Origin: Balneolaceae bacterium
GTDB taxonomy: Bacteria; Bacteroidota; Rhodothermia; Balneolales; Balneolaceae
Assembly (NCBI GenBank): GCA_006969905.1
Contig: CP030887.1
Location: 2,218,730 to 2,282,729, forward strand
Length of the DNA: 64,000 bases
Reading direction: 5' to 3'
Position numbers and translations under genes: made by a program. Position 1 is the stretch's first letter. Each line of letters starts with the position of its first letter. Below, one piece after another: positions 9,464-19,852 of the stretch. Below the pieces are notes generated by a model, which worked only from the letters and a program-made list of their open reading frames with translations, was not told the DNA's origin and made no database searches.

Positions 9464-12307
9464 TTGGAGCACTACTACTTAAATCATGGAGTTATGAGAG
9501 TATTATCTACTACCCTGCTATTGTTATGTCTTCTTTTTAAAGCACAGGCTCAAAGTTCATCAGTAACTAAACCGGCCTTATTCGGCTCAAATATGAGTAA
9601 AGATGCAGACTACAGGTTGGGTTACGAGCTAAACCCTAATCTTGATGCCATACGGTTATCGAGTAAAGACCTGGTAAGGCTGGATGGTTTTTTAGATGAA
9701 TCTATTTGGAGAAATGCACCTATAGCTACAGGTTTTACCCAGAGAGCTCCAAAAGATGGCGGAAATCCATCCCAAAAAACGGAAGCAATGGTACTGTATA
9801 CCGACAGGGAAATTTATATCGGAATTATGGCATATGATACATCGCCCGATTCTGCAATAGCTACTCTGTTCAGAAGAGATGGTTCAGAGATCAGTGACTG
9901 GGTATATGTAAGTTTGGATAGTTATAATGATAAGCGAACAGCGTTCACTTTTGCAGTAAACCCAAAAGGTGTTCAAAAAGATATTCTATACTTTGATGAC
10001 AGGAGAGAGGATGTACTTTGGGATGCAGTGTGGGAGGCACAGGCAAAGATTTTAGAGAATGGATGGTCTGTGGAGATGAGAATACCTCTATCCCAGTTGC
10101 GATTCAGTTCAAATGATAATGTGAAATCCTGGGGTATTAATTTTCAAAGAAGAATTGCCCGCCACCAGGAGTTTAATTACTGGGCACCAACACCACAAAC
10201 AGAAGCAGGGGTTGTATCCAAGTTCGGAAGGCTAAACAGTATCCGGGATTTAAGCGAACCCAAGCGTCTTGAGATAGCACCATATGTTTCTTCACTGCTG
10301 GAAAGAGCTCCTGGTGATGCTTCTAATCCATTTTATGATGAGAATGAATTTGAAGGAAATGTAGGAGGAGATATCAAATACGGGTTAACATCAGACCTGA
10401 CAATTACCGCTACTATCAATCCCGATTTTGGACAGGTAGAAGCAGACCCGGCAACTATAAACCTCTCTCAGTTTGAGCTATTCTTTTCTGAGAGGCGGCC
10501 TTTTTTCCTTGAAGGGAATGATATCTTCCGCTTTGGAAGTACACGAACTTACAATAACTACGGAAACCCTAATACTTTTTATTCAAGAAGGATAGGAAGG
10601 AGGCCGCAAGGCAGTTTTGGAAGAGCAAATAGTTTTCAGGAAGGCGGCACCTACTTCGATCCGGACGACGATAATCTGACTACCACCAGGTATACAGATA
10701 TACCGAACCAAACTCGCATATTGGGAGCTGCTAAGTTGAGTGGTAAAACACAGGCAGGTACTTCTATCGGTGCACTATATGCCCATACCTTGGAAGAAAA
10801 CTCACCATTCAACGTAACAGTAGAAGATACTTCTGCTAATACAACACGTGAAATAAATGGAGAGTTTTTAGCACAGCCTTCCAATAACTTCTTTGTATCA
10901 AGAGTTAAGCAGGATTTTAATGAAGGGAATACGATTATTGGTGGATTTTTCAGTGGAATGAATCGCGATATTGATGGAACTTACTTTAGCAGGTATCTGC
11001 ACAAATCTGCTTTTATAACGGGTGCTGATTTTGAGCATGCCTGGAAGGATCAAACCTGGATAGTTAGCGGTACGGCTTCTGTTTCTAATGTTAATGGATC
11101 CAGTTTAGCCATTTCCCGCACACAAAATGAGCCTCAACGGTATTATCAAAGAGTTGATTCTGATGGGTTAAATGTTGATTCAGCTAAAACCAATTTAAGT
11201 GGATTAGCTTCAGAGTTAAGTCTCCAAAAAGCAAGCGGCGATCATTGGACGTGGTCAGTAACAGGGTCTATGGTTACACCAGGCTATGAAACAAATGATG
11301 TAGGTTTTCAAAGGAGGGCTGATTACCGGGCTGTAACTACAGGATTGCAATACCAGGAAAATGATCCTGACTTCTTTCAATTCTATGAGCTTTGGAGTTA
11401 CACAGTACATGCCTGGAATTTTGATAATAACCTGATTTCAAGAGGATATAATGCGGGCGCATATTTTCAATTCAAAAACTTGTGGTCGTTTAATTTTAAT
11501 ACAAATGCCAACTTCGATATATACTCAGATCGTATCACCAGGGGAGGACCGATTTATAAGATGCCCGGAAGCTGGAATTTTAATTTTAACATAAGATCAA
11601 ATCAGGCGAAAGAGCTGGCTGGTGGTTTTGGCCAATTTCATAGAACCGATCGTGTAGGGGAGTACGATCATTATTACTGGTTCTGGGTTACATACAGGCC
11701 CACTACTTTTATACAGCTATCTATTGAGCCGGAAATAGGTTTTCAAAATGATGTAGATCAATACATATCAACCAGAACAAGAAGTGAGGATGCTCTTGAT
11801 GCGGATAACACATTTGGAAGAAGATATATCTTTTCGGATGTGGAGCAGGTAGATTATTCCACGGAAATACGCTTGAATTGGACATTTACTCCAACAATGA
11901 GCCTTCAGACTTTTATGCGTCCGTTTATTGCAACAGGCAAGTTCAGTAAGCTAAAAGAGTTTTCTGCGCCTGGTGATTACGGTTTCAGAGTGTATGGTGA
12001 TAACAGTAATAGTAGTACAGCAGTAAAAAATGAAGATGGCTCTATACTAGTTGATCCCGATGGGGCAGGAGGAGAAGATCCTTTTACTATAGATAACCAG
12101 GATTTTAGTTCAAGGGCCTTACAGGGTAATGCTGTATTCAGGTGGGAATACAGGCCAGGTTCTACTCTTTTCCTAGTATGGCAGCAGCAAAGAAGCAGTT
12201 TTTCAGAGAATGGCGGGTTTAATTTTGGAAATGATTTTAACAACCTGTTAAAAGAAAAGCCCGTCAATGTGTTTTTGGTTAAGCTTAGCTATTGGTTCGG
12301 CTCCTGA
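9464..12307 (+). CDS. DUF5916-type outer-membrane protein with N-terminal CBM9-like domain
   Basis: LDGFLDESIW, GWSVEMRIP, WGINFQR, TINPDFGQVEAD, ERRPFFLEG, C-terminal SYWF; true start may be slightly downstream. Confidence 0.8.
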   Translation: MEHYYLNHGVMRVLSTTLLLLCLLFKAQAQSSSVTKPALFGSNMSKDADYRLGYELNPNLDAIRLSSKDLVRLDGFLDESIWRNAPIATGFTQRAPKDGGNPSQKTEAMVLYTDREIYIGIMAYDTSPDSAIATLFRRDGSEISDWVYVSLDSYNDKRTAFTFAVNPKGVQKDILYFDDRREDVLWDAVWEAQAKILENGWSVEMRIPLSQLRFSSNDNVKSWGINFQRRIARHQEFNYWAPTPQTEAGVVSKFGRLNSIRDLSEPKRLEIAPYVSSLLERAPGDASNPFYDENEFEGNVGGDIKYGLTSDLTITATINPDFGQVEADPATINLSQFELFFSERRPFFLEGNDIFRFGSTRTYNNYGNPNTFYSRRIGRRPQGSFGRANSFQEGGTYFDPDDDNLTTTRYTDIPNQTRILGAAKLSGKTQAGTSIGALYAHTLEENSPFNVTVEDTSANTTREINGEFLAQPSNNFFVSRVKQDFNEGNTIIGGFFSGMNRDIDGTYFSRYLHKSAFITGADFEHAWKDQTWIVSGTASVSNVNGSSLAISRTQNEPQRYYQRVDSDGLNVDSAKTNLSGLASELSLQKASGDHWTWSVTGSMVTPGYETNDVGFQRRADYRAVTTGLQYQENDPDFFQFYELWSYTVHAWNFDNNLISRGYNAGAYFQFKNLWSFNFNTNANFDIYSDRITRGGPIYKMPGSWNFNFNIRSNQAKELAGGFGQFHRTDRVGEYDHYYWFWVTYRPTTFIQLSIEPEIGFQNDVDQYISTRTRSEDALDADNTFGRRYIFSDVEQVDYSTEIRLNWTFTPTMSLQTFMRPFIATGKFSKLKEFSAPGDYGFRVYGDNSNSSTAVKNEDGSILVDPDGAGGEDPFTIDNQDFSSRALQGNAVFRWEYRPGSTLFLVWQQQRSSFSENGGFNFGNDFNNLLKEKPVNVFLVKLSYWFGS

Positions 12308-12441
12308 AAAGTAGTGATTGCGCCTAAGATTTTGATATTTATAAAAATATTTTAGTTCTTTTGTAACAAATTGATCGGTAAAACCTCTTAAAGTTGTATT
12401 TAGTTGTATGGCAACTGGGGTAATTTAACGATCAATGATAA

Positions 12442-15042
12442 ATGGCTGTAAAAAAGGTCAGCACGTATTGGTGCTTGGTATTATGCTTTATGAGTACACA
12501 GGCTCTTTCACAAGAAAGTCCTGTGTTAAAAGCTCAGAAAATCGAAGCGGGACAAGCTATAGAGCTTGATGGAAAGTTTGATGAAAGAGTTTGGCTGAAA
12601 TCTGAGATAGCTACTGGGTTTACTCAAAGATTCCCACTCGATGGAAAACAGGCTTCAGAAAAAACGGAAGTCAAGATAGCCTATGATGACAGGTTTTTAT
12701 ATGTAGCTGCGAAAGCTTATGATACATCACCTGATTCAATAGCTGCTACTCTTTTCAGGAGAGATGGTTCAGACTACAGTGACTGGATTTATGTAAGCAT
12801 TGACAGCTATAATGACAAGCGTACCGCATTTACATTCGCCGTAAATCCAAAGGGGGTACAGAAAGATATTTTTTACTTTGATGATGAAGAAGAAGATGTA
12901 CGATGGGATGCAGTATGGGATGCCATTACTCATATATCAGAAGAAGGATGGTCTGCTGAATTCAGAATACCATTTTCACAACTTCGTTTTTCATCCGGTC
13001 AAGCCATTCAGGAGTGGGGAATTAACTTTCAGAGAAGAATTGCCAGAAGGGAAGAAATATCATTTTGGGCAGAAACATCACGACAGGAAAGTGGTGTGGT
13101 TTCAAGATTCGGAAAGCTTACCGGCATTAAAGACCTTCCCCGCCCGCTCAGGTTAGAGCTTTTGCCTTATGTCTCAGTAAATAATACACGCGCACCTGCA
13201 CCTGATGGTGATAACGGGCCTTTTTATGAAAAAAATGACATTGAATACAGGGCAGGAGGGGATATAAAGTATGGATTAACTTCAGATTTTACGCTCACAG
13301 CTACTATCAATCCCGATTTTGGACAGGTTGAAGCAGATCCAGCTACTATAAACCTTTCTGAGTTCGAACTTTTTTTCGAAGAACGAAGGCCTTTTTTCCT
13401 GGAAGGAAATGACATTTTCTCCTTTGGCGGTACCAATACTCAAAATACCTACCGGACCCATCAAACTTTTTATAGCCGGAGGATTGGCAGGAGTCCTTTT
13501 GGTCAATTTGAGCAATTTGAAGATGACTATTACCGGGCATTTGAAGACCGGCCTAATGAAACAACCATCGCGGGTGCTGCAAAGGTAAGTGGTAAAACCC
13601 AGAACGGTTTTTCTCTTGGTATACTAAATGCATACACTTTACAAGAAGAAGCACAGTACGTAGATACTGTCGGCACAAACCGGACATATCCCATCGAACC
13701 TCCGACAAATTACCTGGTATCCAGGGTAATCCAGGATTTGAACCAGGGGGATGCTCAGATCGGAGGCTTTTTCAGCAGTGTGAACAGAAATTTAGATAAC
13801 GGGTACCTGAGAGATTATTTGCACACTTCTGCATATCAGGGTGGAATTGACGGACAGTATACCTGGGATAACAGAAACTGGGGAGTAAGTGCATCTCTTG
13901 CATTTAGCCAGGTCAATGGCTCACAGGAAGCATTGCAACGCACACAAACTTCATCAGCAAGATTTTACAACCGTGTTGATTCTGATTACCTGGAATTAGA
14001 TCCAACAAAAACGAGCTTGAGTGGCTACTCGGGTGAGTTAAGCATAGGAAAATACGGAGGCACCGGGTTCAGGTACGCTCTTACCTACTCAGAGGCAAGC
14101 CCAGGGTACGAGATCAATGATATAGGTTTTCAGGAACGAACTGATTACCGGGCACCTCATTTTTATACTGAATATTTGAATGTAGATCCTGATTTCTTCA
14201 GGTTTTATTTGCTTTGGGGTTATGGAGGATATGCCTGGAATTTTGACGGGGACATGACTATGAATTTTTATGCCGGGGGTGGTTATTTTCAGTTTAAGAA
14301 CTTATGGTCTGTTACTTTGGCTGGGGGATTTACTGGTACATTCTATAATGATCGGATTGCAAGAGGTGGCCCCGTGATGAGAAGGCCCAAAGATTGGAAC
14401 TCAAGTATTGAGGTGACTTCTAATACAACAAAAGACTTTTTTTACACATTGGGGACATCGTATAGGAGGGATGCTTCAGGAGAATATTCTACAAGCGTTA
14501 ACGCTGCCATTAATTATCGACCTACGGGATACCTGCAGCTTTCAGTAAAGCCAACATTCATCAAAGAGTTAAATACAGATCAGTACCAGGCATTTGCCGA
14601 TGTGGATAATGATCCCAAAGCCGATTATCTATTCTCTGATGCCAGGTTGGATATTTTCTTTACAGAGTTCCGTTTGAACTGGACATTTTCTCCTACTTTA
14701 AGTCTTCAAACTTTTGCGAGGCCATTATTCTATACAGCGGACTTCTCAAACTTCAAAACTTTTGAACAAAGAAGAACCTATAACTTTGATCAGCTTGATC
14801 AAGCCTCACAAACAGCTTTCTCCAACTTTTTCGATTTTGATTACAGGGTACTTCAGGGGAATGCAGTTTTACGATGGGAATATCGCCCGGGTTCAGCTGT
14901 TTTCTTTGTTTGGCAGCAGGAGAAAGAAGCTTTTCTTGAAGAGCAAAGTTTTTTTGAGCCTCTCAAGAACACACCCAACCTGATTAAAGAAAAGCCTACA
15001 AATGTCTTTCTTATCAAGTTCAGTTACTGGTTTGGTACCTGA
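12442..15042 (+). CDS. DUF5916-type outer-membrane protein (tandem paralog)
   Basis: Same motif set as 9464-12307; C-terminal FSYWFGT. Confidence 0.8.
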   Translation: MAVKKVSTYWCLVLCFMSTQALSQESPVLKAQKIEAGQAIELDGKFDERVWLKSEIATGFTQRFPLDGKQASEKTEVKIAYDDRFLYVAAKAYDTSPDSIAATLFRRDGSDYSDWIYVSIDSYNDKRTAFTFAVNPKGVQKDIFYFDDEEEDVRWDAVWDAITHISEEGWSAEFRIPFSQLRFSSGQAIQEWGINFQRRIARREEISFWAETSRQESGVVSRFGKLTGIKDLPRPLRLELLPYVSVNNTRAPAPDGDNGPFYEKNDIEYRAGGDIKYGLTSDFTLTATINPDFGQVEADPATINLSEFELFFEERRPFFLEGNDIFSFGGTNTQNTYRTHQTFYSRRIGRSPFGQFEQFEDDYYRAFEDRPNETTIAGAAKVSGKTQNGFSLGILNAYTLQEEAQYVDTVGTNRTYPIEPPTNYLVSRVIQDLNQGDAQIGGFFSSVNRNLDNGYLRDYLHTSAYQGGIDGQYTWDNRNWGVSASLAFSQVNGSQEALQRTQTSSARFYNRVDSDYLELDPTKTSLSGYSGELSIGKYGGTGFRYALTYSEASPGYEINDIGFQERTDYRAPHFYTEYLNVDPDFFRFYLLWGYGGYAWNFDGDMTMNFYAGGGYFQFKNLWSVTLAGGFTGTFYNDRIARGGPVMRRPKDWNSSIEVTSNTTKDFFYTLGTSYRRDASGEYSTSVNAAINYRPTGYLQLSVKPTFIKELNTDQYQAFADVDNDPKADYLFSDARLDIFFTEFRLNWTFSPTLSLQTFARPLFYTADFSNFKTFEQRRTYNFDQLDQASQTAFSNFFDFDYRVLQGNAVLRWEYRPGSAVFFVWQQEKEAFLEEQSFFEPLKNTPNLIKEKPTNVFLIKFSYWFGT

Positions 15043-15157
15043 TCATTTTGTTTGAACCGGCTTGATAATAAATGTTTATTTGAACGTTTTATCTGCAACA
15101 AAAAGCAACAGATTTGCTATTTTGTGCCTGATAGAATTTAAAGACTTTACTTAGATC

Positions 15158-15883
15158 ATGAACTTTTCTAAAAACATCGATACCAGCGTACAACATCTTT
15201 CAGCAGAACAGGTAAAAAGCATTCAGGCCAGCTTCATCAACAAGGTTTATATGTGGATGTGTGCGGCATTATTAATTACGGGTTTTGTTGCCTTGCGTGC
15301 GATCACCTCTGAAACCCTGATGACTACCTTATTTGGCAGCGGAAGTATGATGCCTTTTTATGTGTTGATTATAGTTGAATTGGGTTTGGTATTTTGGATG
15401 GTGGGACGGATAAACCAAATGTCATCCGGGTTGGCAACAGGTTTATTTATTCTCTATTCGGCGCTTAACGGGCTTACCTTATCTGTTGTATTTCTTTTAT
15501 ATACCAAGGCTTCTATTGCTTCCACTTTTTTTGTGACGGCCGCTACATTCGGGGTGATGAGCCTTTATGGCTATTTCACAAAAAAGGATCTGACAAGCTG
15601 GGGAAATCTGCTTTTTATGGCATTAATAGGATTCATTATTGCCAGTATTGTTAACATTTTTCTGCAGAGCACTTTCATTTACTGGATAGTTACCTATGCA
15701 GGTATTTTAATTTTTGTTGGCCTCACCGCGTATGACACTCAAAAAATCAAGAAAATGAGTCTGGAATTTGAGATAGAATCCGAAGAAGGCAAAAAAGGGG
15801 CAATCATCGGAGCGCTTGCTCTCTATCTTGATTTTATAAATCTCTTCCTTTTACTACTGCGGGTTTTAGGGGATCGCCGGTAA
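15158..15883 (+). CDS. Bax inhibitor-1/YccA family membrane protein
   Basis: About 7 TM helices; YDTQKIK and LYLDFINLFL motifs. Confidence 0.92.
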   Translation: MNFSKNIDTSVQHLSAEQVKSIQASFINKVYMWMCAALLITGFVALRAITSETLMTTLFGSGSMMPFYVLIIVELGLVFWMVGRINQMSSGLATGLFILYSALNGLTLSVVFLLYTKASIASTFFVTAATFGVMSLYGYFTKKDLTSWGNLLFMALIGFIIASIVNIFLQSTFIYWIVTYAGILIFVGLTAYDTQKIKKMSLEFEIESEEGKKGAIIGALALYLDFINLFLLLLRVLGDRR

Positions 15884-15933
15884 ATAAGAATAGCTATTTG
15901 GCTAACATAAAATTTTAGCAAATTCATTTTACT

Positions 15934-16851
15934 TTATTCCTGAACTGTAACAGTATCAATTTTTGATAAAACTGAGTACATACTCTTTTCAATAAGGTCA
16001 GGCCTGTTCCAGGGTACAAAATGTCCTATTTCATTTTCAAGCAAAACAGTGACAGGGGCATTAACCAGCATGGAATCTCCGAAAAAAGCGTTTTGAAAGG
16101 GTACTAAATTATCTTTGTCTCCCTGTATTATTTCAACGGGTACCTGAATTTCCTGCCATAGGGGTAACATAAGCTGAAGTTCTTCTTTAAGGGCTAATAT
16201 CTCTTCGTTGGAGGAATAAATGGCACCCGGAAGAATCCATGAAAGTACCGGATAATCAACCAATACCTGATACCACTTAGTCTCTTCCAGTTCAGGGTCA
16301 ATAGAAGCAGCGACAAAAATCAGCCCATTCACAAGAGAGGGATAATCGATAGCCATACGCGCAATTACAGGGCCGCCATATGAATGCCCCACAAGGAGTG
16401 TTGGTGTAAAAAGGTTTTCCCTGATAAGTACTTCTGTAATTAATTCGGCCTGTTTTTCCAATGACCGTTCAGGTCTTCCTTCGTCAGACTTCCCAAAACC
16501 GGGCCTGTCCACAGCAATCATTCTGAAATCATCTAAGAGTCTTTCATCTTTAAGAAAGCCTGAGAAGTTATCCCATGAACCGGGTGATCCATGTATAAAA
16601 AGTACTTTTGGTTTATTTGTGTCTCCAATTGCGGCGTAAAAAATATTACGCTCTTCATACCTGAAATTGTGTTGCTCTAAGGGAAAGGGAAGTCCCTGAA
16701 AAGAAGATTGGATCTCTTCTTCACTTAAAGAAAAGTCGATACTGTGTATGAGTACAATACCAGTGAAAATTAGAACAAAAAAACTAATCAGCATCCATTT
16801 AAGCAGGCGAAAGACAGCCTTTACAGGTTTATTTGCTTGCTTGCTCAACAA
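15934..16851 (-). CDS. Alpha/beta hydrolase with N-terminal TM anchor
   Basis: HGSPG, DRPGFG, GHSYGG nucleophile elbow, catalytic D (GDKD) and H (GHF). Confidence 0.9.
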   Translation of the reverse strand: MLSKQANKPVKAVFRLLKWMLISFFVLIFTGIVLIHSIDFSLSEEEIQSSFQGLPFPLEQHNFRYEERNIFYAAIGDTNKPKVLFIHGSPGSWDNFSGFLKDERLLDDFRMIAVDRPGFGKSDEGRPERSLEKQAELITEVLIRENLFTPTLLVGHSYGGPVIARMAIDYPSLVNGLIFVAASIDPELEETKWYQVLVDYPVLSWILPGAIYSSNEEILALKEELQLMLPLWQEIQVPVEIIQGDKDNLVPFQNAFFGDSMLVNAPVTVLLENEIGHFVPWNRPDLIEKSMYSVLSKIDTVTVQE

Positions 16852-17863
16852 GGGGATCCATTATTTTAAACCATAGTGGAGGGAACAGGGCAAGCAGGAT
16901 CATGCCAGGGTAACCGGTAGGAAGCTGGGGGCTGTCATCAAATGTGCGAAGTACCTGGTACTTTCTGCTTGCAGTAGCATGGTGATCTGAATGCCTGGAA
17001 AGTTCAAATAAGAACATTCTGCTTATAACAAAATCACTGTTCCATGAGTGATGGTGGTCCACTTTTTCGTAGCGTTTACTTTCCATTCTGCGTTCCAAGC
17101 CATAGTGTTCTAAGTAATTCACGGCTTCAAGCAAAGAAAATGCGAGTACTGAACTTGAAACAAATACCAACAAAGCACTAAATGATAAGAATAAACCAAG
17201 GCTTACCAGCAATAATAGTTGAATAACCATGAACCATATCATCTCATTTTGTAAAGAGAGAACAGATAGCTTTCTTTTTGATAATCGTTTCTTTTCAATG
17301 TGCCATGCTGAAATAAACTGTTCAGGCACGGTTCGAATCCAAAAGAGGTAAAAGCTTTCGCCCTTTTTTGCGGTAGCCGGATCACCAGGAGTAGCTACAT
17401 GCTTATGATGGCCGTAAACATGTTCGATAGCAAAATGCATATACAATGTGGTTAGCAAAAGTAAGCGACCCAGAAGTTGTTCAAACATACTGCTTCTGTG
17501 GATAAGCTCATGAGCTACGGTAATGCCAATTCCACCATTACTTATCCCTACTGATACTATTGCGCCTGCCAAAACCCAACCTGTAAGTGTCCCGGTGTAA
17601 AAACTCCAGATTAGATAGATAGTGAGGGCATATTGGACAGGGACATATGACCAGAGCAAAAAAGAATAGCTTTTGGATGCCTTAAGACGTTCTTCAGTTT
17701 CGGGATCTGGGTTTTCTTTATTCTGGCCTATTAGAAATTCAGTGAGTGGCAACAGCAGGAAAATATAAACAGGGGTAAGAAACACCCAAAAACCACCGAA
17801 AAAAATACCCAGCGCAGCCGAGATTGGAACTGTATACGATGGGAAATACCTGGCAATACCCAT
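16829..17863 (-). CDS. alkB: Alkane 1-monooxygenase (AlkB-type membrane di-iron oxygenase)
   Basis: His boxes HELIH, EHVYGHH, NYLEHYG, RHSDHH and LPTGYPGM. Confidence 0.88.
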   Translation of the reverse strand: MGIARYFPSYTVPISAALGIFFGGFWVFLTPVYIFLLLPLTEFLIGQNKENPDPETEERLKASKSYSFLLWSYVPVQYALTIYLIWSFYTGTLTGWVLAGAIVSVGISNGGIGITVAHELIHRSSMFEQLLGRLLLLTTLYMHFAIEHVYGHHKHVATPGDPATAKKGESFYLFWIRTVPEQFISAWHIEKKRLSKRKLSVLSLQNEMIWFMVIQLLLLVSLGLFLSFSALLVFVSSSVLAFSLLEAVNYLEHYGLERRMESKRYEKVDHHHSWNSDFVISRMFLFELSRHSDHHATASRKYQVLRTFDDSPQLPTGYPGMILLALFPPLWFKIMDPLVEQASK

Positions 17864-17904
17864 TTCAGTTTGATTTGTTCAAGAATAAATTAATAAAGAA
17901 ACCA

Positions 17905-17928
17905 CTCCAGATATTAATATCTTTGGAG
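17905..17928. promoter_or_regulatory. Palindromic operator candidate between divergent alkB and MerC-domain genes
   Basis: Perfect 14-bp palindrome AGATATTAATATCT (17909-17922), extendable with a bulge to CTCCA/TGGAG. Confidence 0.35.
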
Positions 17929-17969
17929 GCTTAAATCCAATTTCAGGGAATAAATAGTGACGCTTGTAA

Positions 17970-18347
17970 ATGAAAGAATTTGAACCGGCAAAACCGGGCT
18001 TTTGGGATAGAATAGGAATAGGCTTATCCGGCATTTGTGCTATTCATTGTTTACTGGTACCTGTTTTTGTAGCCTTAATTCCATTATGGTCTGCATTCGA
18101 AGAATTTCATGAATACACTCATCTGATATTTTTTCTGGCTATCTCACCTGCTGTATATCTCTCTCTTCGGAGGAGGCATGAGTCTTCTAAAGTTACCTTT
18201 CTTTTAATAAGTGGATTATCCATCATATTTATTGCCTGGTTACTTAATCATCAATTGGGAGAATACGGAGAAGCTGGGGTAACTTTAATAGGTAGTGTAC
18301 TTCTGATTTGGGGACATTGGCTAAACTATAAGTCAAAGTCTGCCTGA
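17970..18347 (+). CDS. MerC-domain membrane protein
   Basis: WDRIGIGLSGICAIHCLLVP motif; 4 TM helices. Confidence 0.85.
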   Translation: MKEFEPAKPGFWDRIGIGLSGICAIHCLLVPVFVALIPLWSAFEEFHEYTHLIFFLAISPAVYLSLRRRHESSKVTFLLISGLSIIFIAWLLNHQLGEYGEAGVTLIGSVLLIWGHWLNYKSKSA

Positions 18348-18461
18348 CAAGCTAAATATTGCGTTTTATTAGTAAGATTTAACTGATAATTGAAGATGCA
18401 AGTTTGTGCTGCATAAACAGTTTTTCTAAATTAAAGACATCATCTTAAGGCGTAAAATTTT

Positions 18462-19307
18462 GTGACTAGGACAAATGTAAAGATACTCTTGTTTTGTATC
18501 CTATCCATTAGTATGTGGGGGTGTGAAGTTGCCTCTACCGAGGAACCCGTTCCTTACCCTAAAGTGTATGAAAAGAAAAACATTGAAGAGCTAACGGCCT
18601 TAAATGATGAGTATCAACAAAACAACGATAATAAAATATGCTCTACGCTAAATGAGTACGGCCTTACCGGGTTTAGCAGAATTCTTTTTCCAAATGATAT
18701 AAATCCATGCCTGATACGAAATACCCCTAGGGTAGAATTTCCATTTTCCGATTCAATTGTAGAGCAAGCAAAACAAAAACTTATCGAGAACGGAAAGTTC
18801 ACAAATGTAAATGAATTTGATAATTTTGAGGTCAGTGAAATACTCGCGCTTAATGGATGTACTATTTGTGAAGGCCCTGATATCAACAATGTACCGTTAG
18901 AGTGGAAAATCACATTTTCTAATCATTTTTACGAAGGTATTGAGGTTAAAGGAACAGATATAACAGTACATGTTGATCATAACGGAGTAAACAGAATTTG
19001 GGGAAGCCGGTTTGAAATAGCCGATCCGGGATTACCTGTAATCGGCTACCTGGAAGCTCAGCAAAAGTTTATCGGAAGAACCCTAAGCTATGAGAATGAG
19101 GGCGGAAGTACTATAGATCAGGATATAAATGCATCTGATATGAAGAATGTACCCGATATAATTTACCTGCCAGTAAAAAAAGCTGATAATTTAGAGTTAA
19201 GAAAGTGCTGGCGAATTCCGATAAGTGAGAGGAATAGCGAGGTAATAAGATGGAAAGGTTTTGTAGATGTTATTACCGGAGAGGTCGTATTTACGGAAAC
19301 TGTATGA
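18462..19307 (+). CDS. Lipoprotein with FTP/PepSY-like propeptide modules and no protease domain
   Basis: Lipobox MWG-C; YEGIEVKGTDITVHVD..G and FVDVITGEVV resemble thermolysin-family propeptide motifs; no HExxH. Confidence 0.55.
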   Translation: MTRTNVKILLFCILSISMWGCEVASTEEPVPYPKVYEKKNIEELTALNDEYQQNNDNKICSTLNEYGLTGFSRILFPNDINPCLIRNTPRVEFPFSDSIVEQAKQKLIENGKFTNVNEFDNFEVSEILALNGCTICEGPDINNVPLEWKITFSNHFYEGIEVKGTDITVHVDHNGVNRIWGSRFEIADPGLPVIGYLEAQQKFIGRTLSYENEGGSTIDQDINASDMKNVPDIIYLPVKKADNLELRKCWRIPISERNSEVIRWKGFVDVITGEVVFTETV

Positions 19308-19446
19308 GTTTTCTTATTTTAGAACACTCGTTCTGTAAATAATAATTCGTAACTTTAGGAGGCAATTTAACTCCTTTAGAGAAAATGTCGATAAGGTCAT
19401 AATTAAAAGGTATAACTATGATGAACAATAGCAGGCTTAAGAACTA

Positions 19447-19812
19447 ATGGTTTCAAAAAAAAGAGTTTTAATAGTAGAGGATGATTTGATCATTTCGTTA
19501 GTAATAGAGAATATGGTCAAAGAACTGGGACATGAGGTAGTAGGGAAAGCAGTCTCAGGTAGCGAAGCAATCTCTCTCGCAGAAGAGCATAAACCGGATT
19601 TATTGCTAATGGATATAAGATTGAAAGGCGATATGGACGGTATAGAAGCTGTTGAAAAAATTAAAGCGATTCATGATGTTTCGGTTATATACCTGACCGG
19701 TAATTCAGATCGGCTAAATTATGAAAGGGCCAGAGATACTAAGTTTACCGATCTTATTGTAAAACCTTTTACAATAAATGACCTTACAAAATCATTTGAA
19801 CTGGTTGGGTAG
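19447..19812 (+). CDS. Single-domain response regulator (CheY-like)
   Basis: VLIVEDD, LLMDIRL (phospho-Asp), KPF; no kinase adjacent. Confidence 0.92.
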   Translation: MVSKKRVLIVEDDLIISLVIENMVKELGHEVVGKAVSGSEAISLAEEHKPDLLLMDIRLKGDMDGIEAVEKIKAIHDVSVIYLTGNSDRLNYERARDTKFTDLIVKPFTINDLTKSFELVG

Positions 19813-19852
19813 CCATTTTTCATTCTGAATCTTTTTACGTTACATTTCGTAC

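Noticed and set aside
10409-10437. 29-bp nucleotide identity between the two DUF5916 paralogs (also ~13300-13328)
   Set aside because: It falls in the most conserved peptide motif (TINPDFGQV); flanking synonymous sites diverge, so gene conversion is not supported.
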